Below, piece after piece: positions 33,692-44,472 of a DNA stretch of 64,000 nucleotides. A program made the translations under genes and the position numbers. The stretch comes from Saprolegnia diclina VS20 (Eukaryota): assembly GCF_000281045.1 (NCBI RefSeq), contig NW_008246087.1:457253-521252 (forward strand), read 5' to 3'. Every line of letters starts with the position of its first letter. Positions within the stretch are counted from its first letter, which is position 1. The notes below the pieces were generated by a model, which searched no databases, had not been told where the DNA came from, and saw nothing but the letters and a program-made list of their open reading frames with translations.

Positions 33692-35773
33692 TTAACCATA
33701 ATTCCTCGTGACTTCGGCCAGCCGCTGTGCGAGGATCGCGGGTGAGTTGTGCTTGTTGACGAGGTACACGAACCGAACGTCTTCGAAGCGCGACGAGGTC
33801 GGGTGCGTCCACGACCGCAGCAAGCCGGCGACGTCGCGGACGAGGAGCCCGGCCTCCTCCATCGCACACACTTGGACGTACATTTCTTCGCGGAGGCAAA
33901 AGTGCATGTCGTACTCCAACGTGACTTCTTGCGCGGGCGGCGCGGGCAGGTGCTGGATCGCGGCCTTGGCCGGCGACTGGTGCGTCGTCGTGATGGTTTG
34001 GCTTGCGACGACGCGGAGGATGTCAAACGCGCTCTGGTTCTTCTCCTTGTTGGTCACTGACGCAAGCGACGGCAGCGTCTTCTTCGTGACGAGCATCGGG
34101 GGCGGCGACTGCGTTGGCAGCTCAGTCTCGGCAAATTGCGGCGAGTTGAGGAGCTTGGAGAGCAAGATGAGCGACCCCTTGCCCTTCTTGACGCACGGCT
34201 TGAGAAGCTGTTCGTCGGGCGTCGGTTGACAGTCGTCTTCGTCTTCCGGCTCGATGCTGCGAGGTTTCGACTTGAGAGACGTAGGCTGCTTGCGCCGGCT
34301 GCTGCTGACCACGACCACCTTGGGATCGTCGGTCGACGTCGCCGCGTCATCTTCAATGTCGTGGTCCGAGTCGCTCGATACCTCGAAGATCGGCTTGGGC
34401 TTGGGCGCGATCGGCCGGAACGTATCGTGGCTGCTGCCGCGGTCGTCGGACCGGCTGCGCTTGCGTGGCGCGACCTTCTCGAGGTCCAGTGGCCGCTTCG
34501 TGTCGGGCTTGGCTTTGGTCGGTTCGTCGCGCTTCTTGGCAGCCTTCTTGGCCGTTGTCGTCGTCGTTGCCGTCGTCGTTGTCGGCGCATCGTCGCCGGC
34601 TGCTTTGGTCGTTTTCTTTACTGGCTCGTCCTTCTTGGCCGGTGCCTTCTTGGTCGTCGCTGTGAGCAGAGGTTCCTTACCAGCGTCCTCGCTTGCAACG
34701 GAGGCCTTTGTGGCTTTGGTCGTCTCGGGCTTGCTCGGCTTCGTCGTCGGCGACGTCGGCGCTGCGCGTTTCCGCGCTGGGCGGTCAGTCTCGTCGTTTT
34801 CAGCATCGGGTCGGCGGCTCGACTTGCGCGGCGGCGGCTCCTTTTCGCTGCTGCTCGTGACGGCGACGGGCGCCGAGGCCGCGCGGCGCGTTCGCGTGGT
34901 CGCTGGCGTCTCGGGCGGCGACGCCTTCGTTGCCTGTTTGCTATCCTTGATCGTCTTGAGCATCGCCTTGCGGAGCGCAATCGTTTCGCGTTCATGCTTG
35001 AGCTGCTTGAGCGACGGTCGCCCGACCTTGCGCTTGGGAAGCTCGGGCAAGACAGCCTCGTCGTCGTCTTCATCGGCGGCGGCTGCAATCGTGGGCTTTG
35101 GCCGAATCGGCTCGATGCGCTCGTGGACCTTGGGCTTGCGGTTGGCCTTGGCGTCGCCGTAGCAGCGTTCGCAGACGTAAGATGTGTGTTTGTAGCGGCC
35201 GCTGGCCTTGATGGGCGGGAGGCACGCGATGTGGAACCAGTGGTTGCAGCTGTCGCACGCGAGGCTTTCGTTGACGCGCTCGTCGTCCATCTTGTACCAG
35301 CCGTCAAACGATTTCGACCACCGGACAAAGTGGATCTTGACCGAGTCTTCGGCTTCGTTGACCTCGGTGACGATCGCGTTGTAGAGCACAAACTCAAACT
35401 CGACGAGCACGAGCTGGTTGATTTGGAGACCGACTTCTTCGTTCGCAAAGCCCTTCTTGCAGCCGCCGCAGCCGACGTTCCAGTCGTTCTCGTCGAGCTC
35501 GCAGCCCTTGCAGACAAGGCTCGAGTTCTCCGGGTGGTCTTCGTCGACGTCAATGGTCACGCCCATCTTGTCGGCGCAGCGCTTGTGGAGGCCTTGGCCG
35601 CACATATCGCAGAAGACGTGGCAGTTGGCCTTCTCGCAGTGGAGGCACGGCCGCAGCTTTTGCTTGGTCGTGATAAAGTCGCAGACCTTGCAGGCGCCGG
35701 CGCCGTCGAGGAGGTTGAACTGGCACTTGGGACACTCGTCCGAGGGGCGGCTGCGCTTGGCCGCAGAGCTCAT
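33692..35773 (-). CDS. Chromatin reader with PHD fingers and a chromo-barrel/Tudor-knot domain, long K/T/A-rich region
   Basis: CLHC..CDMCGQGLHKRC..CKGC (PHD); YNAIVTEV..VKIHFVRWSKSFDGW (chromo-barrel); CDSCNHWFHIAC..YVCERC (PHD); AT-hook-like KVGRPS. Intronless. Confidence 0.85.
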   Translation of the reverse strand: MSSAAKRSRPSDECPKCQFNLLDGAGACKVCDFITTKQKLRPCLHCEKANCHVFCDMCGQGLHKRCADKMGVTIDVDEDHPENSSLVCKGCELDENDWNVGCGGCKKGFANEEVGLQINQLVLVEFEFVLYNAIVTEVNEAEDSVKIHFVRWSKSFDGWYKMDDERVNESLACDSCNHWFHIACLPPIKASGRYKHTSYVCERCYGDAKANRKPKVHERIEPIRPKPTIAAAADEDDDEAVLPELPKRKVGRPSLKQLKHERETIALRKAMLKTIKDSKQATKASPPETPATTRTRRAASAPVAVTSSSEKEPPPRKSSRRPDAENDETDRPARKRAAPTSPTTKPSKPETTKATKASVASEDAGKEPLLTATTKKAPAKKDEPVKKTTKAAGDDAPTTTTATTTTTAKKAAKKRDEPTKAKPDTKRPLDLEKVAPRKRSRSDDRGSSHDTFRPIAPKPKPIFEVSSDSDHDIEDDAATSTDDPKVVVVSSSRRKQPTSLKSKPRSIEPEDEDDCQPTPDEQLLKPCVKKGKGSLILLSKLLNSPQFAETELPTQSPPPMLVTKKTLPSLASVTNKEKNQSAFDILRVVASQTITTTHQSPAKAAIQHLPAPPAQEVTLEYDMHFCLREEMYVQVCAMEEAGLLVRDVAGLLRSWTHPTSSRFEDVRFVYLVNKHNSPAILAQRLAEVTRNYG

Positions 35774-35804
35774 GATGGAGCTTTCCTTCCTGGGCGGGCG
35801 TCTG

Positions 35805-35820
35805 CAATTTGGGAAGTGAA
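35805..35820 (-). promoter_or_regulatory. Oomycete Inr+FPR-like core promoter
   Basis: ttcacttcccaaattg on the minus strand ~32 nt upstream of ATG 35773; resembles the oomycete GCTCATTYYNCAWTTT motif. Confidence 0.5.
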
Positions 35821-36661
35821 AACGGACCCGCAGCTGTTTGCCTTTCAAAGCCACAAACCTCTCACACTCGATACTTCCGGCCTTGAACTTTGAGTGGCCG
35901 TGTTCCGTCAACAGGGCTATATCATCTTTGGGAGGTTGTCACCCACGTCCAGTGACACGAGCTCCAAGCTGTCACATCCCGCAGTCTAAACGCACGCCAT
36001 TTTCAAATGGCCAGTGTCCAATGGAGGTCGAACGAGAACACGGTCATGGATACGAAAGCCGTTCATAGGCTTGGTGACAGTGACGGCACCGTGTACGATG
36101 CGTGTGCCGCATTTGCCGATCACAAACCGGACGACGTGGCCCATGTGTTGCGTGTTGATAGACATGTCAACCCGATTTTATTTAATGGCACGCGGGCGAT
36201 GTTGCATACAAACCTCAAGGTATTTGGAACGCCACCCATTAAAACACGCGAAGAACACGAGGGCAGAGATACGCGGCAGAATGGATGAGGTATCAACTTT
36301 TTTGTATGGTATACAAATGACAAGATATAAATCCGTGGCACTGGACCGGTCCACGGGCGTATTTCGAAGCTGCTAAAGAAGCTTGGTGTTTGTATAGGCT
36401 CGCGTCATAAAATAAAAAATACGACCGCCCTTCGAAATCGAATCCAATTTTTGGACGCAGTGGGATCCATCCTTCGAGATTTTGAGAAGCGGTCGCGAGC
36501 GGGCGCAGCGCCATTGCCACTTCCTCCCTCCGACCGACATGGGCCGACGAGCCAAGGCGACGAGACGTATGTGTGGGCGTAGCCAAGGCAGCGCTGTCAT
36601 GCGGCGACGGGCGCCATGTCAAGACGCGTATCGACGAGCCACTGCATTGATCAACACCTGA

Positions 36662-38395
36662 TTACGGCGCGGCGAGACGAGCTTCGATCTGCGCGAGCCG
36701 ACTGCCAAGCGCCACCATGCTGGCCTCGATGCGATCGAAGCGAGCGTCGAGATGCGACTGTAGTCGGTCGAGGAGCAGCGCGAGACCAGGTCCGTCCGCG
36801 ACGGCCGCGGGAGGTGGGACACGCAGCGAACTGGTCAGCGGCAAGCGACGCGATCGAATCGAACATGTCTTGAGCGTCGGCGTAAAGAAGAGGCGCGTGG
36901 GCTTGAGAGTATCCAAGACGTCAATGGCCTCGTCGCCGAGGCGCAGCCCACGCAGGACGCGGCCGTCTTCGTCTTCAGTCGGCAGCATCGTCTCGACCAG
37001 CTCGATTGCATCGTCCACGACGCGAAGAAGCACGATGGCCCCCGACGCATGCGATCCGAGCGCAGCATGACCTCGCTAATAGCATGTACATGGTACTTGT
37101 GCATCTGACAGGAAGACACGAACATGACAGTGCAGGAACGTGGGAATCGCGAACGCCGTGAGGGGCACGGAAGACACGATGGACGAGGAAGCGCTTTTCC
37201 AAATGACACAGTGGGCCTGGGCGACCAGCGCCGGCGTCGCCTACCAAGGACGTGGGCGACGCGTTCATCGCATCATGCACTTACGCTGTGCGGGCCGGCC
37301 TCTTCAGCAGGCTCATGGAGCTCCTACCAAGTTGGATAAGCATCAACGGAAAGTGGTCCAGTACATACCGGCAGCACGAGCAGCGACGAGGGCGCAGATG
37401 ACTTTGTAATGTGCATGAGGTCCACGATACCGCTGCTTGCGTCGACCACTGTCGTCAATGGGTCATCACTGGGTCGGGCGCGGATGGTGAAGCCTGCAGC
37501 AGGCGTCGCCATCGTCGGTCTACGCTTCGAGTTCGTGGTTCTGTAGAGAATGCAAGCAGTATCATCGTACCGCAAGTGGGTCTTGACCTCGGTCGCCAGC
37601 AAAAAGGTGTCATCGCCGAGGCAGCCAATGGCCGTGATGGCGCCGCACGTGGCACCGTCGACGTCGCACAGGACGTCTTCCTGCGGCGGCGCGTACGGAC
37701 CGATTGTCGCACTGCTCGGCCAGGAGAAGACACGGGCGCTTGTGCCGGCAGCTCTACGCGTATGAGAATCGTTCATGCATGCTAGGAAGTCGTAGCGTAC
37801 ATGACGAGGGCAGTGCCCGCATCGTTCCAGCACGACGATTGCTTGGCCGCGGTCGCCCAGGGCAAGGTAACCAAATCGCCATCGAGGGCCATCAAGGGCG
37901 TGAGGAACTGGACGCGGCCAAGCATGTGCACCTGTAAACATACCATCGTCATCAGTGGTTTGCGTGGCGTTGATGGAGTGCGTACCGCCAACAGCGAACG
38001 CGATGGATGCCATGTGATGTGGAGGACACGGGCCGGTGCCACCCAATGGAGGCAGCGCGTCGGAGCTCCCTGGGCGTCGTGAATCTCGACATGGCGCTGC
38101 GTCGCCATGGCCACGTACGTATCCTTGCCGTTGTTCCAGGCCATGCAGCGAAATGGGTCGCTGCTTGCGCTGTCGTCGTGCAGAAGCGTGCCAGGGCCTA
38201 GCGTCAAGCCTTCGTCGCCGGCCGTGATGGGATAGAGGCCGATGCGCGACGATGGAGGCAATGGCAGCGCAATGCGCTGGCGGCTAGCATCGTATCCTAC
38301 AAGCCCTGAGCCAAGAGGCCGCAAGGTTGCGTCGTACCATCGCCGAGGAGGTTGCGATGGCCAGTCGATGGCAGGTCCAGGTCTGGCCAACTCAT
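36662..38395 (-). CDS. WD40-like beta-propeller protein with C-terminal coiled coil (possibly WDCP-like), multi-exon
   Basis: FRCMAWN, LHITWHPSRSLLA, VFSWP blade-like motifs; C-terminal LDARFDRIEASMVALGSRLAQIEARL. ATG 38395 plus a 41-nt intron (38297-38337) joins in frame. Confidence 0.55.
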
Positions 38396-38475
38396 CGCCT
38401 CCGTTCAAGTAACCGGTTACGCTCTCCGGATAGCCATAGCTCATTGCGTGAAACGATTGAAACCGAGTTTGGGAC

Positions 38476-40508
38476 ATGGTCGTGGTCGTGACCAAGCCGT
38501 CGGACGCGGCCGTGGCCAAGCCGCTGACATGCATCCCGAAGCGGGCCTCGACGTACGTGCCAGGGCTCGCACCGTCCAGTCGTCGAGGCGTGGCCAAGCC
38601 CCATCGGCAGTCGGCGGCGGTGACGTACGAGTCGCGAAAGCTGCCCCCTCTTGCTCGCGGCGCCGAGGCCACGCCGCACCGGCCATCTTTCCTCGCGTCG
38701 TCTTGGCACAAGGTGCGCATTCGAGGCTCATTGAAGAACCTTCGGCGGTCGTTGGAGCCGCGGTCGGCCGAGCGCGCGGCAGCGCCCTCACGTCGCATGT
38801 CGCTGGGCCTCGGGCGCGTCAACCGCAAGGAAAAAATCGTCGCTCGCTTCGTGCTGCAGCTGCAGCTCGCCGTGCTCAAGAAGGCGACGGCCACGATGCA
38901 CTTGCACTTGAAGGACGACCCGCACACGGCGCACGACCTCGAGACGCGCATTGGCGACTGGACGCTCGATGGCACGTTCCGCCAGCTCAATCGACGCGTA
39001 TATAGTTCCTACAATCTTGGCATGGATGGAGACTCTGTCCTCTCTCTGCTAGATCTTTGCCAACGCCATGGTCGGCCTCGCTCTCGGCCTCTACGAAATG
39101 CAAATCGCATGGGACGCTGCCTTGAAGGACGGCGCGACGTAGAAAGCAATGACTTGGCGCGCTGTGACGAGGTGTTTTGTAGGCAGCGCATTGAGCTCAT
39201 AGCTTCGGCCCAAGGCACGATCCTCAAGCTCGTGCTCTCGGCGTCCACGCTGCTTTTGATCAAGCAGCTGCTTACGATGTACGGGCTTCTGGTCAAAGAA
39301 GCGCACGCGATGTCGGGGTCGGCCATCTTTCCGCAGCTGCCACCGCCTTGGCCGCGCCATCTAGTGCTCCGCTTTGCGCTGGAAGTAGCTGTCGTGGCCA
39401 TTCACCCTGTATTACATATTAGACTCTGGCTCGCTTGGATGGACAATATGCCACTGTAGCCACCGTTCCTTGACGCCTACATACACGAAACCGCGAGCTG
39501 CATGATGTTTCTACGGCTCTACTTGGTCGCACGCGTGCTTCGGGACCATGCGACAGTCTACCAGCGGCGGAAGGACATTGTGCAGGTAGTCGTCATATCT
39601 CAAACGCAAGTCTGGTCGAGCCGTCCGCACTAGAATCGCTTTCTGAATGCGCAGAGTCCACACTTCAACTGGTTCTTCGTCGTGCAAATCGGGTTTCGCC
39701 AGTCGCCGCTACTGGTCATCGCGTGCACCACAATTACGATCTGGGCCGCGCTCACCACGTGCATCTACGAGCTCGAGCGCGCGTACCAGCCCCACGTATT
39801 TACGCTCAAGAATGCCGCATGGTTCACCTACTCGCTCCTCACCGTCCACGTATGCACTGCAACGACGACACCATTCAAATCGCCTATCTCTAGAGCCCCG
39901 GGTTCCACCCGATCTCGTCGCGAGGTCATATCGTCGCTGGTATCTTGGTGTTGTCGGTGCAGTCGCCTCCATCTTTGTCGTCGTGCCACATGTCGTAGTA
40001 GGGACTCCTCTTTGAGACGCTCATGGTGGTCGCAGTCTTGCAGCTCATCGGTCTGGACGCTAAAGACCGCGTCTTGCTCGCCTACCTTCAAGACACAGAG
40101 ACGCGAGATGCGCTCCGGCACCGCGCCCGAGGGGTCCTGAGAGCATGGCTCAGCTGGCGGCTCGCGCAACGACGTTATGGTGGAACCAAGCGCGTCGACC
40201 GCCACGAACACCAGTTCTGGCACGCCGTCGAGCGCCTCCATATCGTCAAGAACGCTCGCGAGCTTGCGGCCGAGTCGACTCCGATCGCCGACACCCTAAG
40301 CTGCGTCGAAGGTCACGTGCGGCGGATGGCGCAGACGCTTCGCGGGCCTCTCTGCCCCCGCTGCCATGGCGTTACCCTTACCAAAAGAGAGATACCCAAA
40401 ACACTGCCTTCGGAGCTCCGGGAGTTGCAAGCCAACTACGACATTATTCTCGCGCAGCAGCGGGAGATGCTATCTTTGCTTCACAAGCTCTCTGCCGCGC
40501 CCTCCTGA
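38476..40508 (+). CDS. Small-conductance Ca2+-activated K+ channel (SK/KCNN)-like protein
   Basis: S1 IFANAMVGLALGLYEMQIAW, S2 ILKLVLSASTLLL, S3 LEVAVVAIHP, S4 MMFLRLYLVARVL, S5 TCIYELER, calmodulin-binding-like segment ALRHRARGVLRAW, C-terminal coiled coil. About 6 introns. Confidence 0.8.
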
Positions 40509-40574
40509 AGATTATTGTGTCGACACGAGTACTAGTATGCACAGCAGTATATATATATTCGGTCCATGAGACTA

Positions 40575-43500
40575 CTACAGTTGTACGTCAGCGAGGCGTG
40601 CGTCGAGGTCCGCAGCCGATGGACGCATGCTAGCGTCGTGTGCAATGCATTCAAAGACCAGTTCCCTTAGCCACGGTGCGCACGACGGCGACAACGTTGG
40701 CAGGATCGTTCCCTGCATCACCTGCAGAACGACGAGTGTGACGCGACGACCATCGAGCATCGAGCAGCGCCGTACCTTGTACATGATGGTAAAATTGCCA
40801 AGCGCTTGGCCGCGCTCGTTGGCCATGTCGGCATATGGCAGCGCATGCGTATCGAGCTCGGTGAGAATCTAATTATTCAAATAAAGCTCCAAATGTGTGC
40901 TAGGGGTAGGGTCGTACCATGCCAAACGAATAAATGTCGGCTTTTTCGTCATAGTGTTTGCCCTTGAGCACCTCGGGAGCCGTCCAGCGGTACGTGCCAA
41001 CAGCGTTGGTCATGCTCTCTTCCGAGACCTCGCGCGCGATGCCAAAGTCGCCGAGCTTGGCGTCGCCGACGTCGTTCAAAAGCACGTTGCGCGACTTCAA
41101 ATCCCGGTGAATCACCTACAATACGATACCATATTGGCGCACATTCGGGCAAAATTCACGGAAAATACGTTGGCGCCGTGGAGGTAGACAAGGCCGCGAA
41201 GCATCCGACGCATGCACTCGAGTTTGGCCGACCACGGAAACCGCGCAACGTCCGTGTCGTTGGTTGGCGTCGTCGCCGCCAAGTACTGCTGCAAATCCCC
41301 TTGGGCCATGTACTCGACGACGCACTTCATATCGGCGAACGTGCACCAGCTCGCACCCACAAATGCAACGAGGTACTCGCTCGAAAACCTACGACAGTCG
41401 TGTGCGTTTGCCGGTTCGATCCCAGGACCAAGGAGTAGGCGTACCGCGCCATAAGCTCGATTTCCTGAATGAGCATCTCCATGTGGGCGACCGTGTAGTT
41501 GTCGGCGCGGAGCCGCTTGACGGCCACGAGTGTGCCATTGTAGCGCCCGAGGACCACTTCCCCGTACGCACCCCGGCCAAGGACCGTCTCGAGGATCTCG
41601 ACGGCCGTGTTGAGGCGATACGGCAGCAAGCCGGACGTCATCGTGGCGCCCAAATCAGCGAGCGACGACGACGTCCAGACTCGCCGGAACCGGACGGGGT
41701 CATCGTCATTCTCATGAGCAGTCGTCGCCATGGCTTTGAACGCGTCATCTTCAGACACGGCGCGTCGGTGCGACCTCCGCATGCACCAGCCAACGACCGC
41801 CACGAGGAGGACGGCACCGAGCACAATGGCGACAAAGATGCCATATGCAAAGTCATCTAGACCATCCTCAGTGTCATGGCGTAGCAAGGACGCGGTACTC
41901 TCAACGACACAGACGCCGAGGCGCGTCGTGTTGATGGCCTGGAGCTTGGAGCGGAGGCACGGCTCGGCGTGCCACGCGGTCGACGGGGCATAGATGCGAA
42001 CCGTGTCCTTGACAGCAGCGTACGACACGGCGTCCAAAGTGATGTTGACAAGGCTGTCGCAGCCCTCGAGATGCCTACAAGGATACATATTGGTGCATGA
42101 TTTCTCAAGATCGAAGCTCGTACAGTGCTTGGAGCCGCACCGGGTTCGCGCTGCTCGATAGAAAGAGCACTGAGATGAGCGGCGCGTTGTAGCTCAAGTC
42201 CCTACGCTTCGGTTGACAACTGCGACCGATGAAGAGCTGTACAGAGTCGTCGCGCTCTGAAAGTTGCGCATCGTAACGGTGTGCAATGCGTTGCCGCTGA
42301 GGTTCCTAGTCAGAGACGCTCGTGGACTGCGAGGCCGACCTTGGATGCGTACAGCGTTGCAGTGACGGTCGGTAGGCCCGTGAAGAGCTCGATTTGGTTG
42401 TTGGCCGCGTCACTAGAAACACCCAAGTCGCCATTGCACGGTATATCGTTTGTACAAGGTAGATAAGCGGGGCGGCCAGCGCATTGGGCTCGGAAACGAG
42501 AGGAGTTGGGTGTTCTTGAGCGTCCTAATCGCCGACTTTGAAATGTAATCCTCGTGGAGTAGAGAGTACAAGTGCTGGAGCGCATCGGGCCACGCATACG
42601 ACGTCGGCAGCACCTTCCAGCCGCACGCCACACACGCGCTACAGTGGTTACTTAGCCGACAAGACCTAAGAAACGCACTTCTCACAAGGTCTCCAAGGTC
42701 CGCGGTAGCACCGACGTCTTGGGGTCCACGAGACTCCACGACGTGAAGCCTTCGAGCCGCCTAGAATCGCGTGAGACGCGTAGAACTCGACAACGAGGCG
42801 CACAAGGAGCGCAAATTAGCGTCGGCGTCGCCCACAAAGCGCACGTCCAATGCATTTCGGATCGTCCTACGATCGTCAGAGTTACGTCATGGAGGATTCT
42901 AACGTCGTACAGAGAGTCTGCATCCGGAAGCTGAACGATCTGAAGCTGGCGCCGCTGGAACTTGGCCGATACAACCGGGTCGTCGACGTATGCAAAGTCG
43001 AGCAGCAGGTCGGCTGTGCGCAAAAAGGGCTCGGCTTCGTGGCAGAAGCGGTCGACGACGCAGTAGAGCGCGTCGAGCGTCGTGCAGTGCGCTCTCGTGA
43101 GCGCCGAGCCCGCGCCCATGTCTTGAAAGGGACACGTCGGCACGAACGCATTGGTGTCCAACGCGCCGACGCAGACATGGGTGTGATCCAGTCTCTCCGC
43201 GCGCATTGAAGGAGGACAGGGACGCAAGCTTGTTGTCGGCGGCAGCATCGCGTCTTGAAGCGACGCAAACGCGTCATCGTCGACCGCCACGGTCGTCAAA
43301 TTGCAGCCATCGCATTGGCTACACGCAGCATCAGCTTCGGTTCAATAGCACAGCAACTACAGTCGCAAGAAGGGACGCGACGCCGACCCCGCCGCAAAGA
43401 GGGTCGCGAGGTCCGTGTTGTTGCTTAGTATCCTACGCAATGTGAGAAGAAAGTTGAGACAAGAAGCGGGCTACAGCGTGCTGGCGTTCTGGAAGCTTCG

Positions 43501-44298
43501 AAGCCGCACCAGTTTGAGCAGGTTGCTCGAGAGATCACTAGAAAGTGGCTCAGAGGACATATTGTCATGCGTCCATACATTGTGTCCGCGTTCGGAACGC
43601 GCTCAAAGCGCGTGAGGAAATTCCGCTTGGCCGAGCTACAATGCCGAGATCAACCTCGATATCAAAGGACGATGGGACTGCAAGATGCCTACAAGTAGGT
43701 GAGTTGGTTGCTCGTTGGAAACGTCACGTTGAGGAGCGAGTGCAGTCCACAGTCGTCGAGAACCAACTGCGACAGCGACGGTGGCAGTGACAGCACGGCG
43801 CCGTCCAACGCATTCTTGGTCATGTTGCTACTCGAATAATTTCGCACCGAGCAAGAGACACTAATCATGACGTACAGCACTTGCAGTCCGCTCGGCAATA
43901 GCACGCTATGGCGCAAGGTCGGGTTGCCGATGATGGACCTACAAAATTGAATGAGCTAAGCAATCGGGTCCGGGCGCGCACAGCTGCGTCGTGCGGGCGC
44001 TCGTGAGCGCAGCGGCGTCGGTGGCGAGACCAAACTGCCGCAAACCATTGCCACGAAATGAGCTACAAACGATCGAGTGAGAACTGCGATAGCACCGCCG
44101 AGATATGTACATGGCGTCGACGTTGGATGGCAGCGAGTGCACGAGCTCGATTTGGTCGGTGACCACGACAACGGCGCCGGCGCCAAAGGCGTAGCTCAGG
44201 CTCTGCACGCAGTGGCGGTCGAGGAGGCAGCAGTCGGTGCTGTTTGCACACGCGGAGCACGTAAAGGTCGAGTCGTACGCGGCGAAGCGGCAGGCCAT
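40575..44298 (-). CDS. LRR receptor-like kinase (TKL), paralog 3, with two Cys-cap/LRR modules
   Basis: MACRFAAYDSTFTC..CCLLDRHC cap and second cap CPFQD..YCVVDRFC; LRR exons; TM YGIFVAIVLGAVLLVAVVGW; GRGAYGEV, HRDLKSRN, DFG, GTYRWTAPE. Confidence 0.83.
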
Positions 44299-44437
44299 CG
44301 TCACGCAGCCGTCGTCGTCTCTGCGGCCGACCAGACCAAAAAACGGCAAAGTGACGCGCGCCTGATCCTGATAACATTGGGCGGCACCAAAAAACACATG
44401 GCGATCCGCGAGAATATACCGTAAATTTGGTAAATTT

Positions 44438-44453
44438 GCACATTTGCCCATTT
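44438..44453 (+). promoter_or_regulatory. Inr+FPR-like core promoter within the 174-bp divergent promoter of paralogs 3 and 4
   Basis: gcacatttgcccattt ~20 nt upstream of ATG 44473, preceded by gtaaatttg x2. Confidence 0.5.
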
Positions 44454-44472
44454 CGCGACCGTGCGAAATACG

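Noticed and set aside
36000..36620. Short ORFs upstream of the PHD gene
   Set aside because: No homology I can recognise; composition looks intergenic.
38475..38478. Two divergent genes sharing an overlapping CATG start
   Set aside because: A better minus-strand model starts at 38395 with a canonical 41-nt intron.
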